A stretch of DNA of 64,000 bases, taken from positions 136,544 through 200,543 of the forward strand of contig NMRA01000266.1 in NCBI GenBank assembly GCA_002633005.1, written 5' to 3'. The translations under genes and the position numbers were made by a program. Positions 13,822-26,405 of this stretch are shown here, one piece after another. The number at the start of each line of letters is the position of its first letter. Positions within the stretch are counted from its first letter, which is position 1. Origin of the DNA: Phoronis australis. Its lineage: Eukaryota; Animalia; Phoronida. The notes under the pieces were generated by a model. It was not told the origin of the DNA. It saw only the letters and a program-made list of their open reading frames with translations, and made no database searches.

Positions 13822-15126
13822 CTAAAACACACGTGGGCTACTGAAGCGGAATCTGGCCAACAGTGCAAAGTTAATATGAGCACCAAGAGTTGCCTAAACG
13901 ATAACTCTACGTTTCAGACGTTCTTAATGAGATTGTCAAATTCCGTTACTGTGTATCAGTATCGGAACCTTTCTAGGAGCATTTTTATAGAAACGGGATT
14001 TATTATTGTTTTTCCCTGGACTGGTTGTGACGCTGAGAATCCGCTGAGCACTCTGAACACTGTATCTGTGACCGGCTCAAAAGCTGACGTACAAGTTCCA
14101 TTCATTGTCATTAGCTTAATTTAACTGGCAAATGATAAAAGACGGGCGTCTTGGTCATTGAATAAAGACAGAAGGGTGAAAGAGAACTCAATTCAACTTT
14201 CCCTTCGAAAAGTTGTTGTAACGGTAGGACACCTATTGTTTCGTTTGAGAAACGCATTACGGTTACGTGTAGTCTCAGTGAGCCTTGCCGCTCTGAACAG
14301 TAATTTGCATGTTTTTGAACGATTGCGTCTAGCCTCAACCCGCGTTTGTATAAATGGGTCCAGTTGAGCTTGAGGCGGAATTTTGAACGTCATTTTTGCT
14401 TCGTGTACATACTTCGTTTGAGAAAAGAGCAACTTTTTACGGTTCCGCTCCTACAGCGTCTATACTGTTCCAAGCATGCGTGTTTATTGTAACATAGAGC
14501 AAAGACTGTAATAAACCAATAAAACAAGACTTGCCTTGTTTGCGAGCAAAATAGCATCATGCTTGGCGTGGCAAGCACTTCACTTTTTATTTCATATGAC
14601 ATCAGTTTACCAAATAGATTTAAAGCAAGTTTTATAATAAATGAAAGAAACCAAATTGACCAAAATCTTTGTCAAAATCGTACTGATTGCCCTTCAAGTG
14701 ACCTGGCAGGGTAGCAAATCGATTTTTGAGGTCAGCCCCAGTACGCATTTGAGCATCAATGGTCGCAGACCGACGCTTTGACAACGGAGCTGAAACCCAT
14801 TTTGAAAATGACAAAATTACTTTTTTACCTAGAGTTAACCCGATCAACTTAACGCCTTATTTTCAGCGACTGAATGGCAGCTGTAGAGCCGACTTTCATT
14901 GCTCTATAGCTTTGGTCAAAATTAATGTCGTCCAGAAAATTATCACAACAGCAATTCCTTACCTGCATTTTCTGCCCTAAAATCGAGTGCGTCTTTTCTC
15001 TGAATGGGATGCCTCCATATTCTGCCTTAGCGCTTCATACCTACCATCGTTGTCAAAGTAGGCTATTCTAATGTTAACATTTCTAACAGCTTGAAACACG
15101 TCCTTTATCAGACAATATTAACTCAC

Positions 15127-15459
15127 ATGTGACGTCAAGTGTGGATTGTGCACTGGCCGTGAAAGTCGCGCCATCTCCCGGATTTTCGGTCTGGCAAGAA
15201 ATTACCATCTTATTGTGACGCCTGTTCACGAGGATACTGAACTGCGTTTGCGAGTGTTTTCCGCCGTTGCTTCCAATTAAAGGTTCTTTGACAATGGTAT
15301 GCCATTGAGTGCCACCAACATACACTCTGGTCGCGGCAGGTGGATTGGTGGAGTCTGTCAAACATGTCAGCAGGTGCCGTGCCCTTTCGACGACTTCGAA
15401 AATTCTCGTCAGGTTGCTCCTCGTGTCGTCGCACTGCAGAACGACGTCAGTTGGCCCAA
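15127..15459 (-). CDS. Multi-Ig gene, Ig exon 15 (block B, unit 5)
   Basis: 333 nt, phase 1-1; LTCLTDSTNPP..HNKMVISCQTENP; paralogue of 30260-30586. Confidence 0.92.
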
Positions 15460-16605
15460 CTGAAACCATTATTCAATATGTAATTGTTAATGAACATGCG
15501 GATTATGCCAAATATGGCCAGCAACGGTGGACACGTGTAGCGTCACAACTACAATAGCAAAACACGTGTGAACTGTAAATGCTGCATACATGGGAGCTTT
15601 CAAAAGAGGCAACGGTATCTGGCACGCAAATGAGATCTCGCAGGAACAGAACGCTGCTCCTCGGTTGACACTAAAAACATGCTGTACATTTAAGCTTCAT
15701 CAACGCCATTATTGCACAAGCGTGTATATCCAATTAGCAAGTATAATGATGTAAGACCGCAATGATTTCCATTTCTAATCAACCATGTATTGAATGGTGT
15801 AAATATATTTTTATATTTAGAATGTCTATGGCATTTATTTGAATTATTAAAGATGGAACTCCGTAATATCCCTCTACCATTAAACCTGTCTGCTGCTTGT
15901 ATACATGTACTGGTAGTTTTTCCATCTGCATATCTCCAATATTTATTCATTATATCTAACGGTCGCAAAAAGGCAAACAGATTCTCAATTATTCTTGTAT
16001 GAATTTAGTAAATATCGCAACCTGGAAGCAATTACATGTATTTACTATTGTATACATGTATGTAAGCAGACGCCTGAACGTCTCCAAACAAGATGCTCGG
16101 CTTTTCCAGTGACCTTGTTCTTCTTATCGTGTTCACATGACTTACAATGCTCGTTCTGTGCGTGTTGACAAAGGAAGTTATTACATCCGAAAATTTCAAA
16201 TTTCAGTTGATCCATTCTTGTTGTTTTATTTACCGATTTATATTCTTCATTTCATGAAACAATAGTATCCTTGGGAGGGTCTGGATCGCCTTATTTAGCC
16301 CATTTATGCCCAACTACGCGTTTTCACTGCATATTCAGATATTATGTGCCTTTAGACATACAATGAACATATTGAATAAGGAAAAATGGAAACAAGTTTA
16401 TATTTTACGTTTTTTGACGTTTTTATTTTCGTCCCACAAAAGGGACGCTGGGCACATGTGGGGTCTATAAACCACCAACAGAAATGCCTACTAAAACCAG
16501 TAAAAATGAAAGATGTAGTATGATATTGATTGTTTTTAGATGCTAAGATATTGTAGAAAATAAAATAAAAGACAAAAATTCATGAGAATATTGTATCAAG
16601 TATCT

Positions 16606-17268
16606 TTATTGTGCAACATGAAATGCCATAAAGCATTTGTCGTGAAGGCTAACATCGCATTTCACACAAAAACGCTTTGTCTTCATTTTACAAACTGCAC
16701 ATCGCCTCTGGGTGTCTCTTGCGTTAATGAAGTGGTCCACTCTGTCAAATCTGACATCAGGCAATACTTTCTTTGAGCAAGGCACGGATTTAGGAACATA
16801 CTGAGTGACTCGTTTCCCCTTCATAAGCAACATGTTAGCAATTTCGCGCCGAACCTCCAGGAGATCTTTGTGCTGCTCCTTTCCACTTTCGGTTGCTCTG
16901 TAGAGGTGCCATGCTTGCTGTACACAAAGATCTAGACAATAGGCGAAAATCGGCCACCACCATTTCTTTGATCGTATCGAGACCCTGTACTTATCTATGT
17001 TTTGATCCATTCTGTCGACGCCACCCATGGTTTGGTTGTAGTGACTTATCACAAAGGGTTGGTCAATCCGTATGCGCTGGCTCTCTGCGCGAGACCATCT
17101 TTTTGCCCTTTGTAAGGGGGCAACTCCGTGAAGATTGGACACTATATTGACAATGCTGTTGTCATTCCACCTGACAACACAAAGATTATTTGCTGCATCG
17201 TATGAGTAGTCATATGTACCACGAGGTGTCTTCTGGAACTCCTTCACTGCTGTCAGGGGACAGTCTCC
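16606..17268 (-). CDS. piggyBac transposase (PGBD-like), C-terminal part
   Basis: RGTYDY, RWNDNSIV, YNQTMGGVDRMD, KKWWWPIF and C-terminal Cys-rich domain CAVC..CVKC..H..C..FH; frame open up to N-gap 17269-17473. Confidence 0.95.
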   Translation of the reverse strand, partial: GDCPLTAVKEFQKTPRGTYDYSYDAANNLCVVRWNDNSIVNIVSNLHGVAPLQRAKRWSRAESQRIRIDQPFVISHYNQTMGGVDRMDQNIDKYRVSIRSKKWWWPIFAYCLDLCVQQAWHLYRATESGKEQHKDLLEVRREIANMLLMKGKRVTQYVPKSVPCSKKVLPDVRFDRVDHFINARDTQRRCAVCKMKTKRFCVKCDVSLHDKCFMAFHVAQ

Positions 17269-17473
17269 NNNNNNNNNNNNNNNNNNNNNNNNNNNNNNNN
17301 NNNNNNNNNNNNNNNNNNNNNNNNNNNNNNNNNNNNNNNNNNNNNNNNNNNNNNNNNNNNNNNNNNNNNNNNNNNNNNNNNNNNNNNNNNNNNNNNNNNN
17401 NNNNNNNNNNNNNNNNNNNNNNNNNNNNNNNNNNNNNNNNNNNNNNNNNNNNNNNNNNNNNNNNNNNNNNNNN

Positions 17474-17801
17474 CATCTGTTATATCACCATCTGAAGGTG
17501 GGCTCATAAAAATGTCAGCCCGTTGAAATGCTCCATCATCTTCCAGCATTGCAACAGCATCATTTACAGTAAGATTTCTGCCAAATAAAATGAGAATAAT
17601 GATATTACCAGGAGCAACCATTTGTGCCCAGCGTCCCTTTTTTGGGACGTTTGCAAAGGGCATTTATTTTTTACACAATTTGTGAAAACAAATAATTAAA
17701 ACTTTCTATGAACTCTAGACACATTATTCTACTAAGTGAATTGCAATAAACTGAAAATTTCATGATTTGAATAAAATTTTTGCTTACCTTCTTTGAGACA
17801 T
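17474..17801 (-). CDS. piggyBac transposase N-terminus: exon 17788-17801 spliced to 17474-17577
   Basis: ATGTCTCAAAGAAG|gtaagc...tttggcag|A AAT CTT gives in-frame MSQRRNLTVNDAVAMLEDDGAFQRADIFMSPPSDGDITD, an acidic PGBD-type N-terminus. Confidence 0.7.
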
Positions 17802-18220
17802 GTTGAAAACCTTTAAACCATGCAAGCGTGGCGTCACAATAGCACAATTACGTGAGTAAAAGTAGAGGTAATTCCAATTGTTGCAAATGACCTTCTGCGT
17901 ACATTCCAAAGCAAACACTTCACCAGGGTAAATCCAGATAGAATTGAATTTTCGTTAATTTAGGACAGCATTTTTGTAGTGTCCCACAAATTGGACGCTG
18001 GGCATAAATGGGTTAGTTTCAGATATATTTTCTACGTTATTCTAAAAACAAAAATTGAAACAGAAAGAACGATGTTTTCTTCAGATGATTCTTGAGGTGT
18101 TAAAAGCAAGCCTTCAGAGCCAGGTAGCAGATGAAACATCCAACTACGCCAATTGTTTGCGTATGTCTGGCAACCTTGTGACATTTCCCATTCAATTCCT
18201 AAGGAGAAAAACATACTTAC

Positions 18221-18565
18221 ACAATACGTTGAGTCTGATCGTCTCCCGTGTATTGTAGCTCCGGTCGATCACATTTATAGCTTTGTATACCAACACTAGT
18301 CCATTATCAGCATCAGAGGGCGTGTAGGTCAGAGACGTTGTGTAGACTATCCCGCCAAATTCCCCGCTCTTATTGACACTCACAACATGCAATCCAGGAT
18401 GATACGTCACCGTGATATTGGCTTCCGGGCGGACACTGGTCGTCGTGAAAATCACGGTGAACGGTTCGTCCTTGATGACGTCATACTTTCGTGTAGTTGA
18501 CTGTAGTTGATAAGTTGAATGCCTGACTGCAGACGTCGTGGTGACTGTGTGGGAACTAGGACCAA
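18221..18565 (-). CDS. Multi-Ig gene, Ig exon 14 (block B, unit 4; no Cys)
   Basis: 345 nt, phase 1-1; RKYDV..EANITV..GEFGGIVYTTSL; paralogue of 31779-32123. Confidence 0.9.
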
Positions 18566-19243
18566 CTGGGAAGAGAGTGCGCATGGAAAGGTGTCATTAA
18601 AACATCTCAAGTTCCAACCTTATAAGACTCGAGAATTTTATTTTGCTTACACGGGAAACCATTTAACTTCAAATTTCAGTGGATCAAAACGTTTTGTGAC
18701 TGTCATGCCCATACCCTGGATCTTAAAATTTATTCCACTTTCACGCCCATACCCTTCTTATTATCTAAACCCTACGTCACACCTGAGTATGATCATAGTT
18801 TTTAGCTTAGTTACCAACCACAAAATGGTACCGGGAAAACCAAAACTGATCTTCAAAATGGTGTAGACTACACATGTGAACGCTCGATGACTATTTTAGA
18901 ACTAACTACTCACGGCATTAGTCGTCTACACTCGTACTTAAGAGAACACACGATTTAGACTACTTACCGTTACAGAAACCGTATGAAATTGTTCCTCGAT
19001 ATATTTGAAATAGATGTAGATGCAATGTCTAGGTTTAGAAAGACACGACATCTACTTGTTGTTTGAGACCGGGCTTTACACAATATCTTGCCACGTGTGC
19101 TATTTAGTTACATGTATTTTATATCAACACCTAGCAGCTTAATCTCGAGGAACAACGTAAAAGTATTTTTTGTAATATGCAACACTCACTTTTCAGCTAA
19201 CTAAGGGTATATAATTGATCAGTTTATAGCGGTTAACACTTAC

Positions 19244-19612
19244 AAACAATGTGGCGAAAATTTATCCTTTTGGTGATTCGAAACTCTGGGTAATACTTGT
19301 TGGAGAACACGCATTTAAGATAATCGTCGAAAAGGTCTTGCGTCAATGTAAAAGTCACAGCAAACGTGTAGGCCGTTTTCTCGAGTATTCTATCCTGGGG
19401 CTTCGCGCTTTCAGTGAAAACGTCGGCGGCGCTGTACGTGCAGTCAACCTTCAACGTCGGCTTTACGTCGTCGGTTGTGAAAATAAGTTTGAGCCCGTCA
19501 TTGCTAGGTGACGCCTGTAGGGAGTACTCGTCTGCATTTTGCGTGGGAAGAACCATCCAGTATGGTTTTGTCCTAACACCATCGAGTTCCACGCTTACCG
19601 TCCGTGGTCCTG
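19244..19612 (-). CDS. Multi-Ig gene, Ig exon 13 (block B, unit 3)
   Basis: 369 nt, phase 1-1; FTTDDVKPTLKVDCTYSA..LFDDYLKCVFSN; paralogue of 32503-32871. Confidence 0.9.
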
Positions 19613-20085
19613 CTGCATCAGTGGGGATCAGCGAAAGTTACGCGTTCTACTACGTTGAAGCCTTATTTCGGTAATTCGTGACCAGATCGGTAAGAGTAAC
19701 TTAAATGCATAACACATTANTCACAGCAAACGTGTAGGCCGTTTTCTCGAGTATCCTATCCTGGGGCTTCGCGCTTTCAGTGAAAACGTCGGCGGCGCTG
19801 TACGTGCAGTCAACCTTCAACGTCGGCTTTACGTCGTCGGTTGTGAAAATAAGTTTGAGCCCGTCATTGCTAGGTGACGCCTGTAGGGAGTACTCTCCTG
19901 CATTTTGCGTGGGAAGAACCATCCAGTATGGTTTTGTCCTAACACCATCGAGTTCCACGCTTACCGTCCGTGGTCCTGCTGCATCAGTGGGGATCAGCGA
20001 AAGTTACGCGTTCTACTACGTTGAAGCCTTATTTCGGTAATTCGTGACCAGATCGGTAAGAGTAACTTAAATGCATAACACATTA
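19355..20085. repeat. 365-bp near-identical tandem duplicate (19355-19719 / 19721-20085) split by one N
   Basis: Copies differ at only about 3 bases and abut the N at 19720; second copy carries a donor-less partial Ig exon. Confidence 0.9.
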
Positions 20086-20611
20086 TAAATTTGCGCGTTG
20101 TGGGAGAAATTAGGACCACTCAGAAGTACAGACGACGCGCGGAATTCCGCCAACCTTGACTGAGTGTGATTTTGACGAAACGAATTACCAAAACACGGCT
20201 CTTCTATCTAAGATAAGGTTCTGGTACATGTAGTAGACCATCAGCATACAGTTCCAATATTATGCAAATGCCATAAAGTGGGCCTTTGTATCCTTAGTTG
20301 AGTGTAGGCCTGCATGCTCATGTGTCGTCTCTACGACCGATTAACAGATAGTCACATAACAGGGCAATGCATCTTTACAACCAGTTATCCTTGTACAATG
20401 ATGATCTTCAGTGATGGTCAATAGATATATTTTAGAGGACACAACAATTCATAACACCCTGAAATCTGAGTTTGGCACTTTTCGTCGACGAAGTCCCCAT
20501 TTTGGATTAATGAAATGGAACCATCAACGCCATCTATTGTCTGAAAGAAATGGATAGACGTGTGCCATCGGTACAAGTGGTTGGAAACTCCAAACATGGT
20601 TCATTACTTAC

Positions 20612-20965
20612 ACGCCACTACGATGTAATGGGAGGAGACTGCCTCGAGAGCCACAGGTCTGCGTGGGTTTCGAGCTCGACAAATCGCTTCTTCATTGGCC
20701 GTGGCTAGGTCTGTTATGTTGATCGTGATATTCACGGTCGTCCTGTAGTTTAAATATTCATCTTTCTCGTGAACAGAAGGTCCATGAATCTCTGGGTTCA
20801 GTGAGGTCGCTGTATACGTCATGCTCGTATCTCCCGTGTTCATAATGTTTGTCTGACAGGACAACGTGTATTTCTCGTCCAGCTTGGCTACGAAGTATTC
20901 CACACTGTTCTCCGTCGTCCATACACCACGTCTGTGACTGTCGAACGTCAGAGGCTCAGGCGAAA
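20612..20965 (-). CDS. Multi-Ig gene, Ig exon 12 (block B, unit 2)
   Basis: 354 nt, phase 1-1; YTLSCQTNIMNTGD..EYLNY..AICRARN; paralogue of 33429-33782. Confidence 0.9.
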
Positions 20966-21249
20966 CTAAAAGTCAATCAGAATCACTTAGTACGGCCCCA
21001 GGAGCACGAAGCATTTCCTCGCTGGTTCTCTGTGTGTCCGCAAGGGGGTAGAGTACACGCAGGTATCATTCAGTAGCATGCATTTTATCAGTGGTGGATG
21101 TAACCTTGGCAGTCATTGGTTAGCTTTACAACAAAGAAAGAAAATGGCGGGTTGTGATCAATTTTAGCCTTGTTATTCGAGACGTGTGGCAGCAAATATT
21201 TTGTTTCTGCAGTAACGTTTAATAGTCGCGTGCTTGAAGCACAGACAAT

Positions 21250-21318
21250 ACACACACACGCGCACACGCACACACACACGCACAAACACACGCACACATA
21301 CACACACACACGCACACA
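21250..21318. repeat. Imperfect (CA)n microsatellite
   Basis: cacacacacgcgcacacg... directly visible. Confidence 0.95.
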
Positions 21319-22826
21319 TCTGGCCGATTTAACGACTGTGTTATTCGTAGTACATGTTTGTGAATACGTATGAGCAACGTAAACAAAAGCCAGCGATAGC
21401 AGAAAAATGCGAACCGACCAGCATAACCACAACTTTCCGATTCATATTGCTTGAGCATATCTCAATTAAAAACCGATTTGTCTGTTAAAGAGGCCCCAAG
21501 CTACATATACATGTATCTCCACATTTGCACTTCCTCTACCAGTCATGCTTGTTTGTCTACGTAAAGCCCTACCAGTTGAGAATTCGACCAGCTAATCAAA
21601 TACCCCGGCATAAAACAAATTTCCGAAGAAAATTAATGATACCCCCTTGCCGACACGCCAAACGAACGAAATCTTAGGTCACCAAAGCTATTGTCAACAT
21701 CCTCGAATCAAGCAAAAATGGTCGTGTCGCATTGCCTTCTCAGGATCTTACGCGTACAGTCCTCTTCAATTTCTTTCCATAAAATTTATGTACTTTCATT
21801 CTCTTACTTTATCCTTCATGCCACAAAACATAGAACGCTTACGACCACAAACATGTACACTGGAGGTGCCTGATTCACCGATTATTGCCGAAAAAATCCG
21901 CTTTCAATCTGTTTACTGCCTGTTATAATTTAGGTGGGCGTTTGATAGACGTCTCTGTTCATTGCCGTCATTTTGATTTGCGCCTAGGTAACTGGAGAAC
22001 ATGTTGGTGGTCGCAGCAGATTGGCAGCAACTAGACTGTAGGATTTGTGCTGACTATGGGTGCGATAACCAGAGTGACTAATCGGACAGTTATGTTTGAT
22101 TCAGATTATAAGAGACACAGTAACGTGAAAATTGTAGCAAGATCATCGAATTTTAGTAATACGATGCGTAAATGTAGTGTGACACAGAAAAATGCACGCC
22201 GCCACAATCCAAAAATCATTTCCTAAATAAGAGTACAAGATTTGAAGGACATTGTTTCAGTTAATTTTCAAAGAAATGTCAGTCGACCTTTTTGTCTCCG
22301 TGTTATTTAGTTTTCCATTTTAATTCAAACCCACACCTGGTTTGCTTTCGGAATCATACAAACGAGCGCCACGAGCAAGCACTTTTTCTAAAAAATCGCT
22401 AATGGAAATAAACTAAGGCATTCTTTGGTAAACAAGTTACTTTTTGATGTTAAGCATAACGGAACACCATACGCAGGATATCAGAAACATTCCTTGAATG
22501 GTGACAATATGTTTTGTCACTACACAGACATTGGCACGAAAAACGACATTTTAATAAACTTGGCACTTTCATCATCGCAAACGCGAAAGTTAGAATTCAT
22601 CCTACAAATTTAAATTATTTGGGCAAAACCCCAGGATTGAGTTAACAGTCTGGCGTCATCAGCAAATTCTTGTTAAAAGCGAAAAAACCCTTTCTAAAAT
22701 CCTTTTTATGCAAAAATTTGGCGCTCTTTCGAGGAAGCTCTTTTAGTGGTGCAATTTTGTAATTTTTCAATACATTTTATCATAACCTTGAAATATCCAA
22801 CTGCAAAGCAAAACGAAATGCTTAAT

Positions 22827-23227
22827 CTGGGTCCGGAATTTAATATTTGTACTCGAAAAGAAATTACTTTCAGCATTTTCTCTGCTACTTTTGTGAGAAC
22901 TCAGGATAAGTTGTTATTAGACTGTGCGGGAATACATTAAACAAATATAGTTTATGCATAGGGGTTTCTAGTCCAAGTTTATACTTGATGACCCTTGTAT
23001 TCGTGTTACATACTCGAGTAAAAACTCGAAAGTTCGAGTTTAAACTCGAACTTTTAGTCGTAATGTTGAGTTTACCAACTCCAAACTAGGACTAAAGAAT
23101 ATCCACTTAAGTCAGTACTCGAGCATAGAATAATAGTCACTTATCTTGAATTCAACGTAAGTAGAATAATAAATGCCGAAACATAATTGCGAGTTCCATT
23201 CCGAGTAAAAAGATAAAAACCCGGGCG
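22827..23227 (-). mobile_element. MITE family 1, copy A (inverted relative to 62199-62605)
   Basis: Reverse-complement match across ~400 bp, e.g. gtactcgagcatagaataatag vs ctattattctatgctcgagtac. Confidence 0.85.
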
Positions 23228-25432
23228 AAGGACGTACACTAATGCAGAAGCCAGGAGTACTGTGCGAGCATTGACGAAATTATTCACCGCATTCCGCAAG
23301 CCAAACAGCAGTGCGTATTTTTTATTGAAGAGTTACCCCAGAGCATCAATATTAAGGATTGTGTTTCAAAATTAGTGCGCTTATAGACACAAGCACGTGA
23401 TTCCGAAAATAAGCGTAGCTTCGAATGTAGGGCCGGCGCCTAAATACGGACATCGCCTGCAAAAATTAAAAGTTGTACTTATCAGATGACATTACGCAAT
23501 GAGGAAATTGCGACAATTTAAAAATCTTAGATGGATTAGCATTTTTGATTCTTCATTGATTTTCTCCTTTACTAGAAGACTATTTAAATATCTTTTGTCA
23601 GTTTTCAAGAAGTTAGAAAGCTGGCATTCTGATGTCAGATATTGCAAGCTTCAATATGATGCCAGTCAATAAATTCACGAAGTGTCATCATTTTCCTGAA
23701 CATCGGTCCTTCGGACTATCGAACCCACCTCCAACTAACCTTTGCTTATTGTGTGCGCTAAATGGTACGCCTCGATCTCGAAGAAATGTTCTAAGACCAA
23801 GAATAGGGAATAAATTTAGCTTAGTCTGCCCGTCGTCTGCCAGTAGTTGTTCCCACAGTCAAGTCCAAAATACTACCACAGTGCTTTGCATGACCTGTGG
23901 CGCCGTCCAAGCGGATGTTTCGTGAACTATCAACAATTAAGTCCACATGTACATGTATGTGCTGAGTACTGTGGCTGCAAATGCAGTTTTCACAATGGTG
24001 TGAACAAATGGTAGTAAATCTACAACAACTGTTAGTAATTTAAAGTTTGGAAGTCAACGCAAATTTTTGAATGATTTTCGGGGTAATTATTGTTTGACTT
24101 TGATACTCGCAGATGCGATTTCTTGGCACCTAGGGATTTTCAGGTCGCTAAACACAACCTGCCATGATCTGTTTCCCATATTATTATGCACACATGTTAC
24201 TAGAGTTTGAGAAAATGAGAAATTGTTAGACGAGTATAGACAGAAACGGTTCACCTTTCCAATGCACGAAGAAATACGGAGACTTTCCATGAACACCACA
24301 TCCCCATTTTAGCAGCATGGTCCAAAGTATGAATTGTTTTCAAATACTGGGCCGAGGATATATTTACGTAGCCAAATTACGATATGACGTGCAAGGGTTA
24401 ATGAAGTGTGCAGTGTAAGTGTTTTTTATATAAAAACGAAGCTTTTTTAAAAACAGGACACAGTGAGTTTACGTATCATTTTGATGGCTAGTGTACAGAT
24501 TTTTCTTATCAAATGGGCTAATATTTGGAATGATACAAGGGCAAATCCTATTCCAAACATACAGAGCTTACCAACCGATATTCCTATCATCATTTTGAGT
24601 TTAATTGTGTCCCAAACACAAAATAAATGCATTGAATTCGTCGAGGGACCTTTCTATTTCTAGGGTTGTTTTGGGGGAAGAGCGTTTTCGGATGATAGCT
24701 TGAGAACCTATAGACGGATTACATTGAAGCTTGACACGGACCTCGTCTTATATGATGTCTGACATATCACCAAGTCGAGGATCAGGCTGCAGGGCGAGAA
24801 AAAACTGTTGATTGGTGGGGAATTACTATTGTGATCTGTTGAAAACGCTGCGTCAAATAGCTACGAAAAAAGATAGCCACCTGTATATCACGTAAAAAAG
24901 AATTTCGTTCATTAAAACAGAGGTAAGTTTACGACAACTTAGATCACACTTGACAGCCATGAGGGAGAAAGATTGTCGGCATTGAGCATCAGGGTCTTCC
25001 TCTTCCTCGTCATTATCACCACCCGTCGCCGTCACAGTCGACGTTAGAGACGTTTCCTTCGCATTCAACTGCGTCATGGTGCTCGCCATCGTCATAAACA
25101 ATGCCATCAATATCGTTGTCACCATCGTAATCAGTGTTGCCATCGTCATGATGCATAATGTTGATCGCGCACATCGCAGATGCGCCCAGACTCACACAAT
25201 TGCAAGAGGACCGCTTTGTGCATAGAATACGCCCTTAACAGACAAACCTTACCACAGTCGAAGTAAGACACCTCATTGACAACAGCGACTGTTGGATTTG
25301 GCGAGCTTCAATCAAATTATTTGCGTTTTACGATATCATATTCTCCCGTTTTGGCTCCTATTGAAGCTACAATTATCTACATGTACGGCATATATGGCAG
25401 AGTTAGATAAAAACTGACATAGATCTACTTAC

Positions 25433-25810
25433 GTATGAGGACAAACATTAATTCTGCAGTCTTCTCCAGTGCATTGGTGGATGTTTTAATCTTGTCGACG
25501 TGTACATTCCTTGCAGTACAGTTGGCTTTCATACCATGCTCAAGTCCGCCTCTGCGAGTGGTGAACGTCAGGTCGCGCGTGTAAACGTTCCCTCCGTTGG
25601 AGGGCCGTTTAACCTCGGCCTCCACTACAGCAGCGTTGGATGGCATGACAGTCCACGTTAGCAATCCCAATGGCCGTATGGAGCTTGAAGTACACCGGAT
25701 CCTTATGTTTTTTCCAACGGGCGCAAAGTATATTCGAGGATGGCTTTCATCCGCTGCTTTTTCCTGCAGTGTGTCTCCAACGACACTTGTGTTTAGCGCT
25801 TTAGGGCCAT
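25433..25810 (-). CDS. Multi-Ig gene, Ig exon 11 (block B, unit 1)
   Basis: 378 nt, phase 1-1, C|gtaagt; IRCTSSSIRPLGLLTW..YTRDL..EHGMKANCTARN; paralogue of 36944-37342. Confidence 0.92.
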
Positions 25811-26069
25811 CTGTTGGACAATACTTAAAATATAGACATGTCCACAACTTGGTGGAACCATTTTACATGTGACAGGGTGTGGGTAAGAGACGCTAATTAA
25901 TACTGAAGAATTTCTGCATGCTACACTACGCCACATACATGTGAGCAGTAACTGACAAAGTATTTGTGCGGTCGGAATATCTCAACACCTGTGGAATTTT
26001 GCAAATATAATCAAAATGATAGACACTGCCAAATACCGACACAAACCATCAACACCGATCGGTACTTAC

Positions 26070-26405
26070 AAAGGACGTGTACCAGCACTGACTCGTTTCT
26101 GCTAAAGAGTTCGTGGTGTTCGTTTTTGGCGTTGCAACGTTTTGAAGTACCGTCATCGATACTTCGTGCTGTGAACGACATGCTCTGTTCATACAAGTAA
26201 CCTCGGGCTGCGTCTCCGACGCGATGTTGCCTTCCTAACTGCGCCTCTTGAATGAGACCTCCAGTTCCGTCGGTCCAACTCACGTTGCAGCTCTCGGACA
26301 CCGTATCAGTTCGGCACGTAAGGTTTACTCTGTCACCCTCAACAACCCATAGGTCTCTGCCAACCGCGGCATCATTACTTGTAATTGCAACTAAAGACGG
26401 GCCGA
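26070..26405 (-). CDS. Multi-Ig gene, Ig exon 10 (block A, unit 9)
   Basis: 336 nt, phase 1-1; VSESCNVSW..DDGTSKRCNAKN. Confidence 0.92.

Larger units (their letters stand above)
16299..18012 (-). mobile_element. piggyBac DNA transposon in an intron of the Ig gene
   Basis: Perfect 14-bp TIRs CCCATTTATGCCCA (16299-16312) / TGGGCATAAATGGG (17999-18012), TTAG direct repeat on both flanks, subterminal repeats, transposase ORF inside. Confidence 0.95.

Noticed and set aside
19721-20085. Second copy of Ig exon 13 suggesting Dscam-like mutually exclusive exons
   Set aside because: Nearly identical including intron sequence, truncated, lacks a donor and abuts a single N; typical contig-overlap or haplotype artefact
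21088-21432. ORF with signal-peptide-like start (MWLCWSVRIFLLSLAFVYVA)
   Set aside because: Non-ATG start, runs into a (TG)n microsatellite, and lies inside the duplicated block with no counterpart in the other copy
24853-25149. Thr/Met-rich acidic ORF
   Set aside because: Degenerate trinucleotide repeat with no convincing splice context
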